A DNA stretch of 58,556 bases from positions 1 through 58,556 of the IMG/VR virus record IMGVR_UViG_3300042363_000211, one strand, 5' to 3'. Each line of letters opens with the position of its first letter. The first letter of the stretch is position 1. The notes under the pieces are model-generated. The model did no database searches, had not been told where the DNA came from, and saw nothing but the letters and a program-made list of their open reading frames with translations. This document shows positions 1-10,140 of this stretch, one piece after another. Made by a program: the position numbers and the translations under genes. Origin of the DNA: a virus (lineage: Duplodnaviria > Caudoviricetes).

Positions 1-1383
1 CATGTAGGCAGTTCCAGAACCAGTAGCGGTAAGGTTAATAATTGCTGGATAACCACCATCAGCGTTTGGATGTATATGGGCGTCTTGAACATGGTTATGG
101 CTTGCAGCAGTACCAATAAATGAGCCATTAAACGAAGCTGTGTTTGTATGAGAGTGGGCAGACCCTGCTCCAGTAGTAACAGCATTATTAGTCACTGTAT
201 TTGCGTGAGAGTGGGCTGGAACGCCTGACTGTGCAGAAGTCAAAGTAACTGTTTCTGTACCCGTAGTTGTTCCGAGAGTATTTGCTGTGCTTAGACGACC
301 CGCATCACTGCCGCCCATGTTGTCCAAACCTGCAACCGTACGACCTCTGAGATCAGGAAGGTTGAACGTGGTTGTTCCATCACCCACGCCGTAAGCTGTT
401 CCAATTATTGCAAACAAACTTGCGTAAGTGGTACGACTGATTGCTTGTCCGTAACACAATTGCCAGTTAGTAGGCGCAGTAGCACCCGCGTATGGAGTGA
501 TCATTCCGATAGGGCTTGCTTGAATGAGTGGAGCCTTTAGAGCGATACTGTTTGTAAGTGTTGTAGCCAAGCTTGCATCGTTGCCGAGTGCTGTAGCAAT
601 TTCTCCGAGGGTATCCAGAGTTGTGGTAGCCCCACCAACTAGTGCAGAAACTTCTGCTCGAACGAACTCAGTAGTGGCAATTTGAGTTGTGTTAGTTGCT
701 GGCGCTGCTGTAGGAGCAGATGGGGTGCCTGTCAATGCTGGACTTGCGAGATTTGCTTTAAGGTCAAGGGCGGTCTGTTGTGCAGTTGAGACAGGCTTGT
801 TGGCATCGCTTGTATTGTCTGCATTGCCGAGACCAACCATCGTCTTGCTGATACCAGAAACGGTGCCCGTAAATGTAGGGTCCGCAAGATTTGCTTTGAG
901 AGCCAGATCAGAAGAAGTAACTGGAGTAGCCCATGCCGTGTCGTAATCAGTACCAGAAGACTTTGCTAAGACCTGACCTGTAGTACCACCAACAGGCACA
1001 ACAGCACTACCAGTAGTTGATGTGTCAGCCCAAATAACCGACGTGTTGGCTGGCGCGGTAGAACCAGTCGTAACACCAGCAGGACCTGTAGCTCCTGTAG
1101 GCCCAGTAGGTCCTGAAACACCAGGTTCGTCCGTGTCTAACCACAGAAGTTCTGTATCTATAGGGGCTTCGGGTTGAATAGCAATTCCACCGCCACCGCC
1201 GCCGATTACTTCTTGCCACTCTCCACCAGATCTGAAGTAAATCTTGTCGTTGGTTGTATCAACAGCAATAGCACCATCGGGAAGTTCAATCGTTGGTGTT
1301 CCATCGGTTGTCACAGTGATGACACCGTTGCTTGCTGTCACAGATCCTGTGACGTTGAGTGAGGCTAGATGCTTGATGCTCAT
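1..1383 (-). CDS. Tail fibre protein with short collagen-like segment and phage tail collar domain (runs off the window edge; not in the ORF track)
   Basis: Read manually from ATG 1383, which overlaps the stop of the upstream gene: MSIKHLASLNVTG...GPTGPTGATGPAG...KANLASPALTGTPSAPTAAPATNTTQIATTEFV...LDTLGEIATALGND...PIGMITPYAGATAPTNWQLCYGQAISRTTYASLFAIIGTAYGVGDGTTTFNLPDLRGR (classic collar motif). Confidence 0.9.
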   Translation of the reverse strand, partial: MSIKHLASLNVTGSVTASNGVITVTTDGTPTIELPDGAIAVDTTNDKIYFRSGGEWQEVIGGGGGGIAIQPEAPIDTELLWLDTDEPGVSGPTGPTGATGPAGVTTGSTAPANTSVIWADTSTTGSAVVPVGGTTGQVLAKSSGTDYDTAWATPVTSSDLALKANLADPTFTGTVSGISKTMVGLGNADNTSDANKPVSTAQQTALDLKANLASPALTGTPSAPTAAPATNTTQIATTEFVRAEVSALVGGATTTLDTLGEIATALGNDASLATTLTNSIALKAPLIQASPIGMITPYAGATAPTNWQLCYGQAISRTTYASLFAIIGTAYGVGDGTTTFNLPDLRGRTVAGLDNMGGSDAGRLSTANTLGTTTGTETVTLTSAQSGVPAHSHANTVTNNAVTTGAGSAHSHTNTASFNGSFIGTAASHNHVQDAHIHPNADGGYPAIINLTATGSGTAYM

Positions 1384-1937
1384 GTCAGGTATGCCACTCC
1401 TGCGAATGGGAGGCTGAAACGAAGAACAAGGTTGTTCTCGTTCGTATGATCAACATCGCCGTAGACCATCGTGTTGGATGTGTCAAATACTGCAACAGCT
1501 GCTGGTTTCGTCTTGAGTCCGTGGGCGATTGTCCACGTGTCCGAAGGGGTTCCCTGATCGTGCCTGTGTCGAATCTTCTGTGCAACCCATGTCTCTGTTG
1601 ATTCCTCATACATGAGAACTTCTTGATCGTCAGGGCTTGGCACCACGACGTCTTCAATGTTGTCAAGATTAAATTGACTTGCTGAAAGGGTTATGAACCC
1701 TCCCCATCCGCCAGCCGTCTTAGGACCATAGAGATTACTAAGGGCTTCGTTGAAGAAGAAGTCACCAATTCTACCGATTGAGTTAGAAGGGACACCAGTT
1801 CCTGTGATGATTTGTGTTCCTGCTGGGCCTGGAAGACCTGATGTGAGGACACGGATAACATTCTGCTGTTCTTCGGTGACAATAACCCTGTTGACAACCT
1901 CATCTGTGACTGTGATTCTGTTGTCGTTCATACTCAT
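1380..1937 (-). CDS. Tail fibre-associated structural protein
   Basis: GLPGPAG and GTGVPSNSIGRIGDFF...LYGPK..GGW segments; LDNIEDV..PSP repeat; C-terminal WTIAHGL...P.V.VFD motif seen in fibre-region proteins; lies in the fibre operon. Confidence 0.6.
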   Translation of the reverse strand: MSMNDNRITVTDEVVNRVIVTEEQQNVIRVLTSGLPGPAGTQIITGTGVPSNSIGRIGDFFFNEALSNLYGPKTAGGWGGFITLSASQFNLDNIEDVVVPSPDDQEVLMYEESTETWVAQKIRHRHDQGTPSDTWTIAHGLKTKPAAVAVFDTSNTMVYGDVDHTNENNLVLRFSLPFAGVAYLT

Positions 1938-2302
1938 CGCGTAACCTCTAGCCTTAACTCGAAATCGCCACGGATTGGCTTATTTACAATGCCTTGACCA
2001 AGAGAGATTAGTTCAATGTCGTAAACACCTGACCGTTCAATGGCGGCTGTTTGGGTGGCTGACATGGAAATAGTGATAGATCCCTCCTCCTCGTCAATGG
2101 CTATAGAGCCGTTCTCTGTCGTCAAAGTAGCGAGAACAGCCGTGGCGTAGACATCCTTACGGATCTGCATCCTCGCCGTATAGCCAGACAGGTCGTAAGG
2201 GTGAAAGACGGTCTCGTCTATAGCGTCCTGGTATTCAATAACGAAGGTACGGGTGAAGGAGCTACCCTGGTCGCAAATGATGTTGTATGTACCGGCAATC
2301 AC
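1934..2302 (-). CDS. Minor tail/baseplate-associated beta-sandwich protein
   Basis: QGSSFTRTF...YDLSGYTARMQIR...GVYDIEL pattern common in tail-fibre operons; AGGAGG upstream of a GTG start. Confidence 0.6.
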   Translation of the reverse strand: MIAGTYNIICDQGSSFTRTFVIEYQDAIDETVFHPYDLSGYTARMQIRKDVYATAVLATLTTENGSIAIDEEEGSITISMSATQTAAIERSGVYDIELISLGQGIVNKPIRGDFELRLEVTR

Positions 2303-2367
2303 TACCCTTACCTCCTAATCGCCGTCATTCTAGACGCACAGTCCCTCTGCCAAGAATAGCCTAGGAA

Positions 2368-2592
2368 TCAATCCTCATCGTCCGTATCTAATTGAACAAT
2401 CTTCTTAGCGGCTTCAAGCATTCCAAGCGCGAGCCACGGTGTAACCGATGGGGATGATGCCATGTGGAGATCCTGATCGCTTCCGTCAAACGTCTCCATA
2501 ATCATTACCCAATGAGTAACAACATGCCCTTCGGGGCAGGTGTCTTCTAGAGCCTTTCGGAGGAAGTCGTCCGCTTCCCCTCGCTCGGACAA
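2368..2592 (-). CDS. Hypothetical protein
   Basis: 74-aa ORF filling the gap in a minus-strand gene run; SPSVTPWLALGMLEAA. Confidence 0.55.
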   Translation of the reverse strand: MSERGEADDFLRKALEDTCPEGHVVTHWVMIMETFDGSDQDLHMASSPSVTPWLALGMLEAAKKIVQLDTDDED

Positions 2593-2595
2593 GGG

Positions 2596-2964
2596 TTAAC
2601 CCTTCTTGGGGGCGGGCTTGGCGGCCCGTTTGCTGCCAGGTTTCGGTCCTGGCTTCTGGCGTTCAGTTGTCGGCTTGGTTTCCTGAGGATGCTGGTTCTG
2701 AACGTATTTCCTGAGTTCATCAACTTCAGAGGCGAGCCGCTCGTTGCGTTCTTCGCATTCAATCTGAATCTGTCGAAGTGCGTCAAGGTCGCTCTTCATT
2801 CGTTCAACTTCATTCTGGAGGTTCTTGACGATGCCGTCGTATGCCTCTAAGACGGTGTTCATCTTTGACACTTTGTTTCCGTCTTTCTGGGCATTCCAGA
2901 CGAAACCACCCGAGATAATGGCCGCTGCGACGACAGAGATTGTTGAGGCTAGTTCCGGTGACAT
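2596..2964 (-). CDS. Membrane-anchored coiled-coil protein (holin-like or lysis accessory)
   Basis: N-terminal hydrophobic helix (ISVVAAAIISGGFVW), long heptad region and basic tail. Confidence 0.5.
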   Translation of the reverse strand: MSPELASTISVVAAAIISGGFVWNAQKDGNKVSKMNTVLEAYDGIVKNLQNEVERMKSDLDALRQIQIECEERNERLASEVDELRKYVQNQHPQETKPTTERQKPGPKPGSKRAAKPAPKKG

Positions 2965-2979
2965 CAGAGCAACTTTACA
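2965..2979 (-). promoter_or_regulatory. Putative -10 element for a leaderless transcript
   Basis: TAAAGT (2977-2972), 7 nt before ATG 2964; no SD. Confidence 0.45.
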
Positions 2980-3006
2980 GGAATCATTTGCTAGTAACCT
3001 CTAGAC

Positions 3007-4392
3007 CTAACTATAAGTAATGCTGTCGGCGTCCTCTGCCCATGAATACGAGTACGTGCCTGTGAATCTCATGTCGCCAACGAGATAGTTGTCGTTATAC
3101 CAACCTGTGCCAGTAATTCTGAGTCCGAAGTTTCCAGATCCAGATGTTGACCTAGATCCTGTGAATGGCTTCGGGGCGGCGTTGTTTGTAAACACTGAAA
3201 GAGTCCCGTTAAGCATCCAGTTAACTTGCCTAGTTGAACTTGTGAGGTTACCCATTGACGACGCGCCCGTACCACCAATCGTCACACCCCTGACATAGAT
3301 GGTTGTGTAGTTAAACGCCGATGAAGGGTTGTCGTAATACTCGCCACCATTCACAAAGGTGTCGGTCTGAAACCCGAAATACCCAGAGTCATAAGCGTCT
3401 GTTTGTGATCCAGCGTTCCTGCCTGTGTCAACATAGGCGTTACGGGACTGTCCGTACTGTGTTCCAGCTCTGCGCGATGTTACGTAATACCAGTTGTAGA
3501 GGCTTGATGGGCCTACATACTGAGACCAAGTAGTGGTGCCTGCTGCGACTGTTGCGGTGTGATCCCAAACGTATGATCCAAAGTTGAACTTGTACACATA
3601 ATACTCATCAGCGTGGGTGGCGGCATCCCAAGAAAGGTTTACTGTGTTGTGACCCGAAACGGAAGCATTTAATGTTCCTGGGCCGCCAACATTTGCTGTA
3701 GTAGTGGCACTGAAAGAAGCGCCAGCAGAAGCAGCTCCGGTTGTGTCTATCGTGTAAATCGTGTATGTGTGCGCCGTATTCACGCCAAGGCTGCCAACTG
3801 AAGTTGACGTTCCTGTTGCGCTCTTAATGTATGTTCCGCCTTCGTAAATATGATATGAAGACCTATCGCCAGATGTTGATGCTGTCCATGACAGGTCAAT
3901 CTGGTTGGGGTTTGGAGAACTTGCTGACAGTCCAGTCGGAGCAGCGGGAACGCTATTTGCTGTAGTTATGGCGTGTGTCAAATCACCAACGCGACCACTT
4001 GCGTTAACGACCCTTACCCCAACTGTGTATGCGGTTCTTTCAGAAAGACCATTCCATGTCTTGGTTCGCAAATCTGCATTAGTGGAATCATCTCCCCATG
4101 TAGCTCCACCGTTAGTGGTGAACTGGTACTTAACGAAACCAAACATTGCTGGCTGAGTCCATGTGAGAGTGATTGACGATGTATCAACTGCATAGGCAGC
4201 TGTTGAGCTGGACGCAAAGACAGGTGGCGGAGCGTAGTTATCCCACACAACAGTCCATGTTGATGCGCCAGTCTTGACCTGCACAAGAGCCACATCAGCC
4301 CATGTTGATGCGCCAGTCTTTACCTTGATTTCTGGAGTGAGGTTAGACACCTCATCCCATGTCACAGAATCTTTCTTTACATAGATTGCCAT
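3007..4392 (-). CDS. Fibronectin type III repeat minor tail protein
   Basis: Three FN3-like units (SITLTWT...GLSERTAYTVGVRVVN; PAAPTGLSA...IDLSWTAS...YTIYTID; VNLSWDA). Confidence 0.8.
   Translation of the reverse strand: MAIYVKKDSVTWDEVSNLTPEIKVKTGASTWADVALVQVKTGASTWTVVWDNYAPPPVFASSSTAAYAVDTSSITLTWTQPAMFGFVKYQFTTNGGATWGDDSTNADLRTKTWNGLSERTAYTVGVRVVNASGRVGDLTHAITTANSVPAAPTGLSASSPNPNQIDLSWTASTSGDRSSYHIYEGGTYIKSATGTSTSVGSLGVNTAHTYTIYTIDTTGAASAGASFSATTTANVGGPGTLNASVSGHNTVNLSWDAATHADEYYVYKFNFGSYVWDHTATVAAGTTTWSQYVGPSSLYNWYYVTSRRAGTQYGQSRNAYVDTGRNAGSQTDAYDSGYFGFQTDTFVNGGEYYDNPSSAFNYTTIYVRGVTIGGTGASSMGNLTSSTRQVNWMLNGTLSVFTNNAAPKPFTGSRSTSGSGNFGLRITGTGWYNDNYLVGDMRFTGTYSYSWAEDADSITYS
4255..4320. repeat. 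21-bp exact direct repeat x2, encoding KTGASTW twice
   Basis: ccatgttgatgcgccagtctt at 4255-4275 and 4300-4320 (45-bp period). Confidence 0.9.
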
Positions 4393-4401
4393 GAGCTCGT
4401 C

Positions 4402-5805
4402 CTAATAGGTAATCCAGATGTCGCCGACGGCTCCTTGACCGCCTGTCGGGGCTGTTCCGTTTGATACCCAGACACCTTTGGCAGACGGCGCACTGTTGGC
4501 CGTTCCTGCAGCCCACAAAGCGTTTCTCCATGTGCTCCCTGATCGGTAGTACAGAAGAGCGTTGGTTGTATCAACACTCAAGTTTCCGTCAGATACGGCA
4601 GATGATGGTGTTCCTGCACTAGTGAAAGAGATACCACCGTTTACGGTGACACCAGAAGCACCCATCGTGAGGTTGGCAATTCCTGTTCCTGCGCCGTTGG
4701 GGTTGGGAACAAACGAAAGACCATCTGCGTTACTGAATGCCAAACCACTAGAGGCTTTAATGACATCGGTAGCAAGCTTTGCTTTACCAACTGATGCGTC
4801 CTTAATCCTCAATGCGTTGGTTGAGATTTCAATCGTTGTTCCATCAACATTGACAGAGAGACCGTTTGTTGTGTCAAACAGTACTGACCCGGTTGCCTTT
4901 ACGATGTCTGTTGAAAGTTTCGTCTTACTGATCGAGCCAGCAAGCATTGCATTGGTTACACCAAGAGCCTTGACTCTCAAAGCATCGGCTGATGTTTCAA
5001 TACTTGAGCCGTCGGTATTGACCGAAAGGACTGTTCCTGCACCACCTGATAGTCCGTCGCCAGCAACGCTTGTTGCGAGTTGTGTAGCAGTTATTCCTGC
5101 GTCTTTGACCTTGACTTGACCTGTGGCACTCTTTGTGACGGTTGAGTCATCTACCGAGACGGAGAGACCTGTAACTGAGTCAAGAAGGACACCGCCATTC
5201 GTGGTGGCAACGGTGGGATCTAGCTTGCCTGGAGTGACTGCTGTAGCAGCAATCTTTCCTGTAGTGACAGCAAGGTCGTTAATCTTTCCTGTGGTCACAT
5301 TGAGGTCAAGAATCTTTGCTGTGATTACGGCATTGGCGGCGATTTGTGTAGCGCCTACAACACTTGTCCCGATTGCGTGATCATGATCCGACCTAGCAAA
5401 CGTTACTGCTGAACCTGCCGAGTTTGACCCTGATACGGTGACTGCCGAAGCGACTGGTACTGAGTGGTTGTGATCGGCACGGGCAAGCCTTGTGCTAGTT
5501 CCCTGAGGGGTTGAGGCTGTTCCAGGGGCAAGAGCGACAGCATCGGCTGATTGAGCTTTGCTGTCAACAGACACCCAAGAAGTGCCATTGTTGTAGTACA
5601 GAACTGATTCCGTTGTGTCGTACCAGAAAGATTCTGTGTACACATCACTTGTTGCTGATGTGCGCTCAGTAGTGTTTCCAACCCTGAAAGCGGCTACGAG
5701 GTTCTCAATAGCGAGGTTATCGTTCTGAAACTGGGCACGACCAAACGGGTCGTCACCAGACGACCACGTGGTAAGACCAAGCCTTGTTGTTGCTCCGATT
5801 GACAT
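4402..5805 (-). CDS. Tail fibre/spike-like repetitive structural protein
   Basis: Start corrected to ATG 5805 (AAGGAGG RBS). 10-aa AVTTGKI repeats, repeated SVNxDG.TIE...ALR.K units, AR.DH.H repeats and a C-terminal GAVGDIWI motif. Confidence 0.75.
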   Translation of the reverse strand: MSIGATTRLGLTTWSSGDDPFGRAQFQNDNLAIENLVAAFRVGNTTERTSATSDVYTESFWYDTTESVLYYNNGTSWVSVDSKAQSADAVALAPGTASTPQGTSTRLARADHNHSVPVASAVTVSGSNSAGSAVTFARSDHDHAIGTSVVGATQIAANAVITAKILDLNVTTGKINDLAVTTGKIAATAVTPGKLDPTVATTNGGVLLDSVTGLSVSVDDSTVTKSATGQVKVKDAGITATQLATSVAGDGLSGGAGTVLSVNTDGSSIETSADALRVKALGVTNAMLAGSISKTKLSTDIVKATGSVLFDTTNGLSVNVDGTTIEISTNALRIKDASVGKAKLATDVIKASSGLAFSNADGLSFVPNPNGAGTGIANLTMGASGVTVNGGISFTSAGTPSSAVSDGNLSVDTTNALLYYRSGSTWRNALWAAGTANSAPSAKGVWVSNGTAPTGGQGAVGDIWITY

Positions 5806-5815
5806 AAGTTCCTCC

Positions 5816-7462
5816 TTATGTAGTGTACTCGTGGGTGGCCACCATGCCGGCAGGCTTAGAGAGATCCACTGCTTTGAGGACGAGGTCAATAGCGAATGTC
5901 TGGGACTCCAATGTCCTGACAATCATGGTCCAGGTGCTGACAACGACATCAACGCGTTTGTTGGTAACCCAGCAAGGAATAATGCCGTACCCTTTGTCCT
6001 GAGAACCTGGAGCGGCAAGGGTGAATGACTTCGTAGTCAGCACCGAGGCCACCGTGTAGTTCTTATTCCATTCAGCATTACTAGACGAGTAAATCTCAAC
6101 GAAATCACCGACAGCCAACGCATGTGGTTCTTCTGTAGTCACCACGACATTGCCTGGTGAGTACCACGCAATTGTTCCTTTATCGTCGTACCCGTCAAGT
6201 ACTGACCTGACAGCTGCTTGGATTGATGCTTTGGTTCCTGCATGAAGACCTGTTGCTCTAGTGCGAGTGAGTTCAGCCAAGACATCTAAGGTGCTGAACG
6301 CAAGCGGGTTGTCTGACTCAAGTTCTGACCATGATGTGTCCGATATGAGTAGCGACCCGGCGACAGACGACGATTCATTGGATGCTGTCTGCGCCCATGT
6401 AATGGTTGGATCAGAAGACGTCAGAACTGTGAAGGATCCAGAGAATGTTCCAGTATGCGTTACATCAACCACGTCCCCGACAACAGGGAAATAAGCAGTA
6501 GAGCCCCCCGTTTGCGTCCCAAGAGTGGCAGTTACCGTATTGGCACTTCGCGAGAAAGAAGTAATGCTCCACACGTCATTTATTTCTGGGTCTATTTCCG
6601 TTTGTGCAGATAACCATGATTGATACGTGTCTTCAATCCAGAAGAATGGTGTTTGACCAGAAGTACCACTAGCGACACCTCTGACACCAACTAATTGAGC
6701 AAGCCAAGGCAACCATTGTTTCTTGGCTACGACATCATCAACATAGTAAGAAGGATCAACGAGTGTGGATTTGTCATAACCTGGAACACCATCTACGGCA
6801 GGTATGTAGTCAAATGCTTTAACAGCAGAAAGAATCTCATCTACCGTGAATGTCATTACATCTAAATATCGACGCAATGGTTTCATTTCGTCATCGTCAT
6901 CAATTTCAAGCATGTACGCAGGGATGCTTTGCTCAACGAGTGTGAGGAACTCATTGGGTGGATAGTCGGCCCATTTCGCCATGACAATGTCGTCAAACCA
7001 AATATTGCGATGGTAAGACTTCTCGCCTGTTTCTAGCGAAATAGTGTATGGAGATGCAAACATCCTGACAGAAGCATATTTGGCATCGCTTGGAGTGACG
7101 AAATCAACGGAAGCAATACCCCATCTGTTAGCCATAGCTTTATCGTTTGAAGAATGGGTGGCAATAACTGAACCTGATGCGTTGTAAATCAGCACCCTAA
7201 CGCCAAATGGATGTTCAGTTGTTTCGGAATAAGCACTACAGAAGGTTCTGTATCTTGTTGATCCACTGATTGCCAAAGTTCTTGTAAGCCTTATGCACAT
7301 CTCATTATCGTTCAACGATGTAACAAGAAGTGATGCTGGCTCGCTCCTAAAGTGAACGATAGATCTCTTTACTTCACAATCACCTAATACTGCTGGTTCC
7401 CAAAGACTGACAGATGTGGTCGCCTGCTGTTCTTCTAGAGAAAGCAGATTCTTAATGGTCAT
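5816..7462 (-). CDS. Baseplate wedge protein (P2 gpI-like) with inserted accessory domains
   Basis: WLPWLAQLVGV, GTKASIQAAVR and terminal KPAG motifs typical of tail protein I-like subunits; N-terminal carbohydrate-binding-like region (IWFDDI); follows the J-like gene. Confidence 0.65.
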   Translation of the reverse strand: MTIKNLLSLEEQQATTSVSLWEPAVLGDCEVKRSIVHFRSEPASLLVTSLNDNEMCIRLTRTLAISGSTRYRTFCSAYSETTEHPFGVRVLIYNASGSVIATHSSNDKAMANRWGIASVDFVTPSDAKYASVRMFASPYTISLETGEKSYHRNIWFDDIVMAKWADYPPNEFLTLVEQSIPAYMLEIDDDDEMKPLRRYLDVMTFTVDEILSAVKAFDYIPAVDGVPGYDKSTLVDPSYYVDDVVAKKQWLPWLAQLVGVRGVASGTSGQTPFFWIEDTYQSWLSAQTEIDPEINDVWSITSFSRSANTVTATLGTQTGGSTAYFPVVGDVVDVTHTGTFSGSFTVLTSSDPTITWAQTASNESSSVAGSLLISDTSWSELESDNPLAFSTLDVLAELTRTRATGLHAGTKASIQAAVRSVLDGYDDKGTIAWYSPGNVVVTTEEPHALAVGDFVEIYSSSNAEWNKNYTVASVLTTKSFTLAAPGSQDKGYGIIPCWVTNKRVDVVVSTWTMIVRTLESQTFAIDLVLKAVDLSKPAGMVATHEYTT

Positions 7463-9180
7463 ACGATAATCACCTCGTGCGTGTCAGACACGAGAAGTGG
7501 TGCTGCGTCTGAAATTACTAGATTCCCATCTGTATCCACCCACCCGATAACTGCGTATTCAGAAATGTCATCTTCGGCATCGTCCCACCCAGCTATTTCA
7601 AGAACAAACTTGTTTGCTGTTGGAGTACTGTCAACTGGGTATACATACCATCCAGCGGCCTTTGTTCCGCCTGCTGGAACATTGATTGCAACATAGACTG
7701 TTGAATAAACAGGGATGTCATGACCAGTAGACACATTGACTTCCACCAAGTTTCCGACCCCCATTGTGAGGCTGGTTACATTCTTCTGAATAGTAAGACC
7801 ACCGTCAGGTATGTGACAATCAGTAATTGAGTACCCAACTGATTCCACATAAGTGACTACGGGTTCACCTTCTGCGTCTACCGTGTTTGCTACGCGTGCA
7901 ATCAGATCGTTGTACCTCAAAGTTGAAGACCAGTCCCATGTATTTGGTGAGATAAACGAACTCAAGGCATCTTTGACTGCTGTTGACGCTTCAATGCCCG
8001 ACTTGGACGCAGTGTTCCTTACCGAAGCAGAAATAGATACTGTTACAAGCAACGGATCGCTCACATAGACGCTCAGGTTTGGATGAGAAAGTTCCAATGC
8101 TGAAATCCTTATCTCATCCTTATATCCCCATCCTGCGCCATTGATTGCAATAGACCCATCGCCTAAACCGTCAAACATGTTGTCGGGGGTTGAGTCAATA
8201 GGAGCCACCAGTAGCAGAACGCTTCCGGGCGAAGCATCTCTTGATGCGTTGGTTGCGTCAAGGGTCTTTGCTCTGTAAACATCCGTATACGCACCAGACG
8301 ACAAGGCCCATTGTGTGTAGTTGTCGGCTGTTACGAGCGACATATTTGCACGTGCAAGGTTGGCTGATGCGCGAGCAAAGTATTGAGAGTCGGTTTCGGT
8401 GTCCTGTCCTCCAGAAACAGCCGTAGCAAGAGTTGCTGAAGCAATCTGTGGCACAACAGACAACAGATCAAGCGATGTCCCTGCGGCTAGACCGTTAAAC
8501 GCCTCTGTGATTGTTGTTCCGGTTGCGTTGACGTACCCGGTGGCTGGGTGTGTTGTAGAAGGAGTGGCTACAGCAATTGAATAGTCAGATGGTTGAGTTC
8601 CGGCAAATACGAACGAGAACGAGTACAAAGACTCAACAGAAGTAACCACAAACGCGTCGTTGAATGAAGCAGAGTTTGTTCCCCCCATTGTGATTGTCTC
8701 GCCAACCACAAACCCGTGAGGGGTTGTTGTTATGAGTGTTGCTGTCCCCGAAGTGACAGATCCTGTTGACACAAACTTAGAATGAGTAAGGGTCACAGAA
8801 GTATCAGTTTCAAGAACCAACGGAACCGCATCCGTAACAGACTGATAGAAGAACCTTGTTCCTACGGGAATAGTGTAAGAAGTGGAAGTTGCTCCACTAA
8901 TCTTGATCATTGTTACCGGGCTTGACCCTTCAAGCCTTTGCACATCAAACAATTGCAGAAGAACCTGAACTACTCCACCTGGAAGACGGTTGATAGACCT
9001 GACGAGCTCTGCAATCTGAATTGCTACAGCCTGCATGAGGACAGTCTCAATAGACCCTTCTACTGGTTGGAACTCTGGAAGAGCCACTCGTGCGTAGTCA
9101 AGCGACGACAGATAAATGGACTGGCTTTCAAGGTCGTAGAGGGTCAGGTCAATGAAATCTCTGATGTCTGGACTAGGCAT
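7459..9180 (-). CDS. Baseplate J-like wedge protein
   Basis: TIPVGT.F, GGQDTETDSQYFARA and VTADNY..WA motifs; position after the gp25-like gene. Confidence 0.85.
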   Translation of the reverse strand: MPSPDIRDFIDLTLYDLESQSIYLSSLDYARVALPEFQPVEGSIETVLMQAVAIQIAELVRSINRLPGGVVQVLLQLFDVQRLEGSSPVTMIKISGATSTSYTIPVGTRFFYQSVTDAVPLVLETDTSVTLTHSKFVSTGSVTSGTATLITTTPHGFVVGETITMGGTNSASFNDAFVVTSVESLYSFSFVFAGTQPSDYSIAVATPSTTHPATGYVNATGTTITEAFNGLAAGTSLDLLSVVPQIASATLATAVSGGQDTETDSQYFARASANLARANMSLVTADNYTQWALSSGAYTDVYRAKTLDATNASRDASPGSVLLLVAPIDSTPDNMFDGLGDGSIAINGAGWGYKDEIRISALELSHPNLSVYVSDPLLVTVSISASVRNTASKSGIEASTAVKDALSSFISPNTWDWSSTLRYNDLIARVANTVDAEGEPVVTYVESVGYSITDCHIPDGGLTIQKNVTSLTMGVGNLVEVNVSTGHDIPVYSTVYVAINVPAGGTKAAGWYVYPVDSTPTANKFVLEIAGWDDAEDDISEYAVIGWVDTDGNLVISDAAPLLVSDTHEVIIV

Positions 9181-9532
9181 TAAACACCACGCTTTGTTCG
9201 GTGGTCGAGGTTACGACCAGATCGTTGTACTCCCCGCCGGAGACATCAACAAGTATGTCTGATAATCCGTCCTTGTTCATCAGAACATAGACAGAATTGA
9301 CCTTTACGGCAGGGTGAAACTCGGCCATCCCCATAACTACCTCCACAGCAAGGACATCCCTGAATGCTGGGTCATCAAGACCATAGAAGGGGGACATGGG
9401 GATTTCTCCAGTATTGGTTGCTACGAACTGAGCAGCCTGCTGCTGGATATGTGCTTCTGAGCCTTGCCACACGCGTTCTGCTCGTCCGCTTGGGAGTATG
9501 CGGAATGGGATTGACAGTACTTCCATAGTCAC
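9173..9532 (-). CDS. Baseplate wedge/sheath initiator (gp25/gpW-like)
   Basis: TNTGEIPMSPFYG matches the T..GE.P..P.YG signature; size and synteny fit. Confidence 0.75.
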   Translation of the reverse strand: MTMEVLSIPFRILPSGRAERVWQGSEAHIQQQAAQFVATNTGEIPMSPFYGLDDPAFRDVLAVEVVMGMAEFHPAVKVNSVYVLMNKDGLSDILVDVSGGEYNDLVVTSTTEQSVVFNA

Positions 9533-9555
9533 CTATTCTGCCACAGCTGGGAAGT

Positions 9556-10140
9556 TCACATGACCTCCATATGGAATGTGACTACTGCGTCTCTATAGGC
9601 TTCCCTGACTGAGTTTGCCGTAGCCGCATCGGCAGAAGATGTTGACGTCCTTGTGTTGTTCATCGTTGCTGGCTCCCAATATGAGCCGTTCCACTTTAGA
9701 TACTGATTGCTAGACGGAGACGAAGCCTGGACATCGGCAAGGTCGTCAAGGGAACTAGACCCAACGGCGGTAACTGAAGCGGCCATCCATTTGGTTCCAT
9801 CCCACTGAAGAAACTGCCCAACCGTTGGGGACGGAGTCTGGACATCAGCAAGATCGTCAAGGTTGGTGATTGGGGCTATAGCTTCCGTCCTCAGTTTGCC
9901 AATGACCACTAGTTCGTCTTGCCTGCCCTCAAGAAACCCAATCATGACGGGATCACCAATTTGATAGGTATCGGTGTTCATTCCGACCACATCAAGAGGG
10001 CCGTAGATGATGTCTCCCGAAAGCCTCGGGACGAGAACTTTCAGTCGGTAGGAAACGATTTCATGGACAACGCCATACCAAATACCTCGCGCATCAAAGG
10101 CGACGGATGAGGCTTTCAGTGGTGTTGTATACGTCCTCAT
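9556..10140 (-). CDS. Baseplate spike-like protein (OB-fold N-terminus) with two LDDLADV repeats
   Basis: GIWYGVV...LKVLVPRL...IGDPVMIGFLEG...VIG is the gp5/gpV N-terminal pattern; lies between the hub and gp25-like genes. Confidence 0.6.
   Translation of the reverse strand: MRTYTTPLKASSVAFDARGIWYGVVHEIVSYRLKVLVPRLSGDIIYGPLDVVGMNTDTYQIGDPVMIGFLEGRQDELVVIGKLRTEAIAPITNLDDLADVQTPSPTVGQFLQWDGTKWMAASVTAVGSSSLDDLADVQASSPSSNQYLKWNGSYWEPATMNNTRTSTSSADAATANSVREAYRDAVVTFHMEVM

Noticed and set aside
5806-5922. ORF-track N-terminal extension of the 506-aa tail protein
   Set aside because: It overlaps the upstream gene; a strong AAGGAGG RBS supports ATG 5805.
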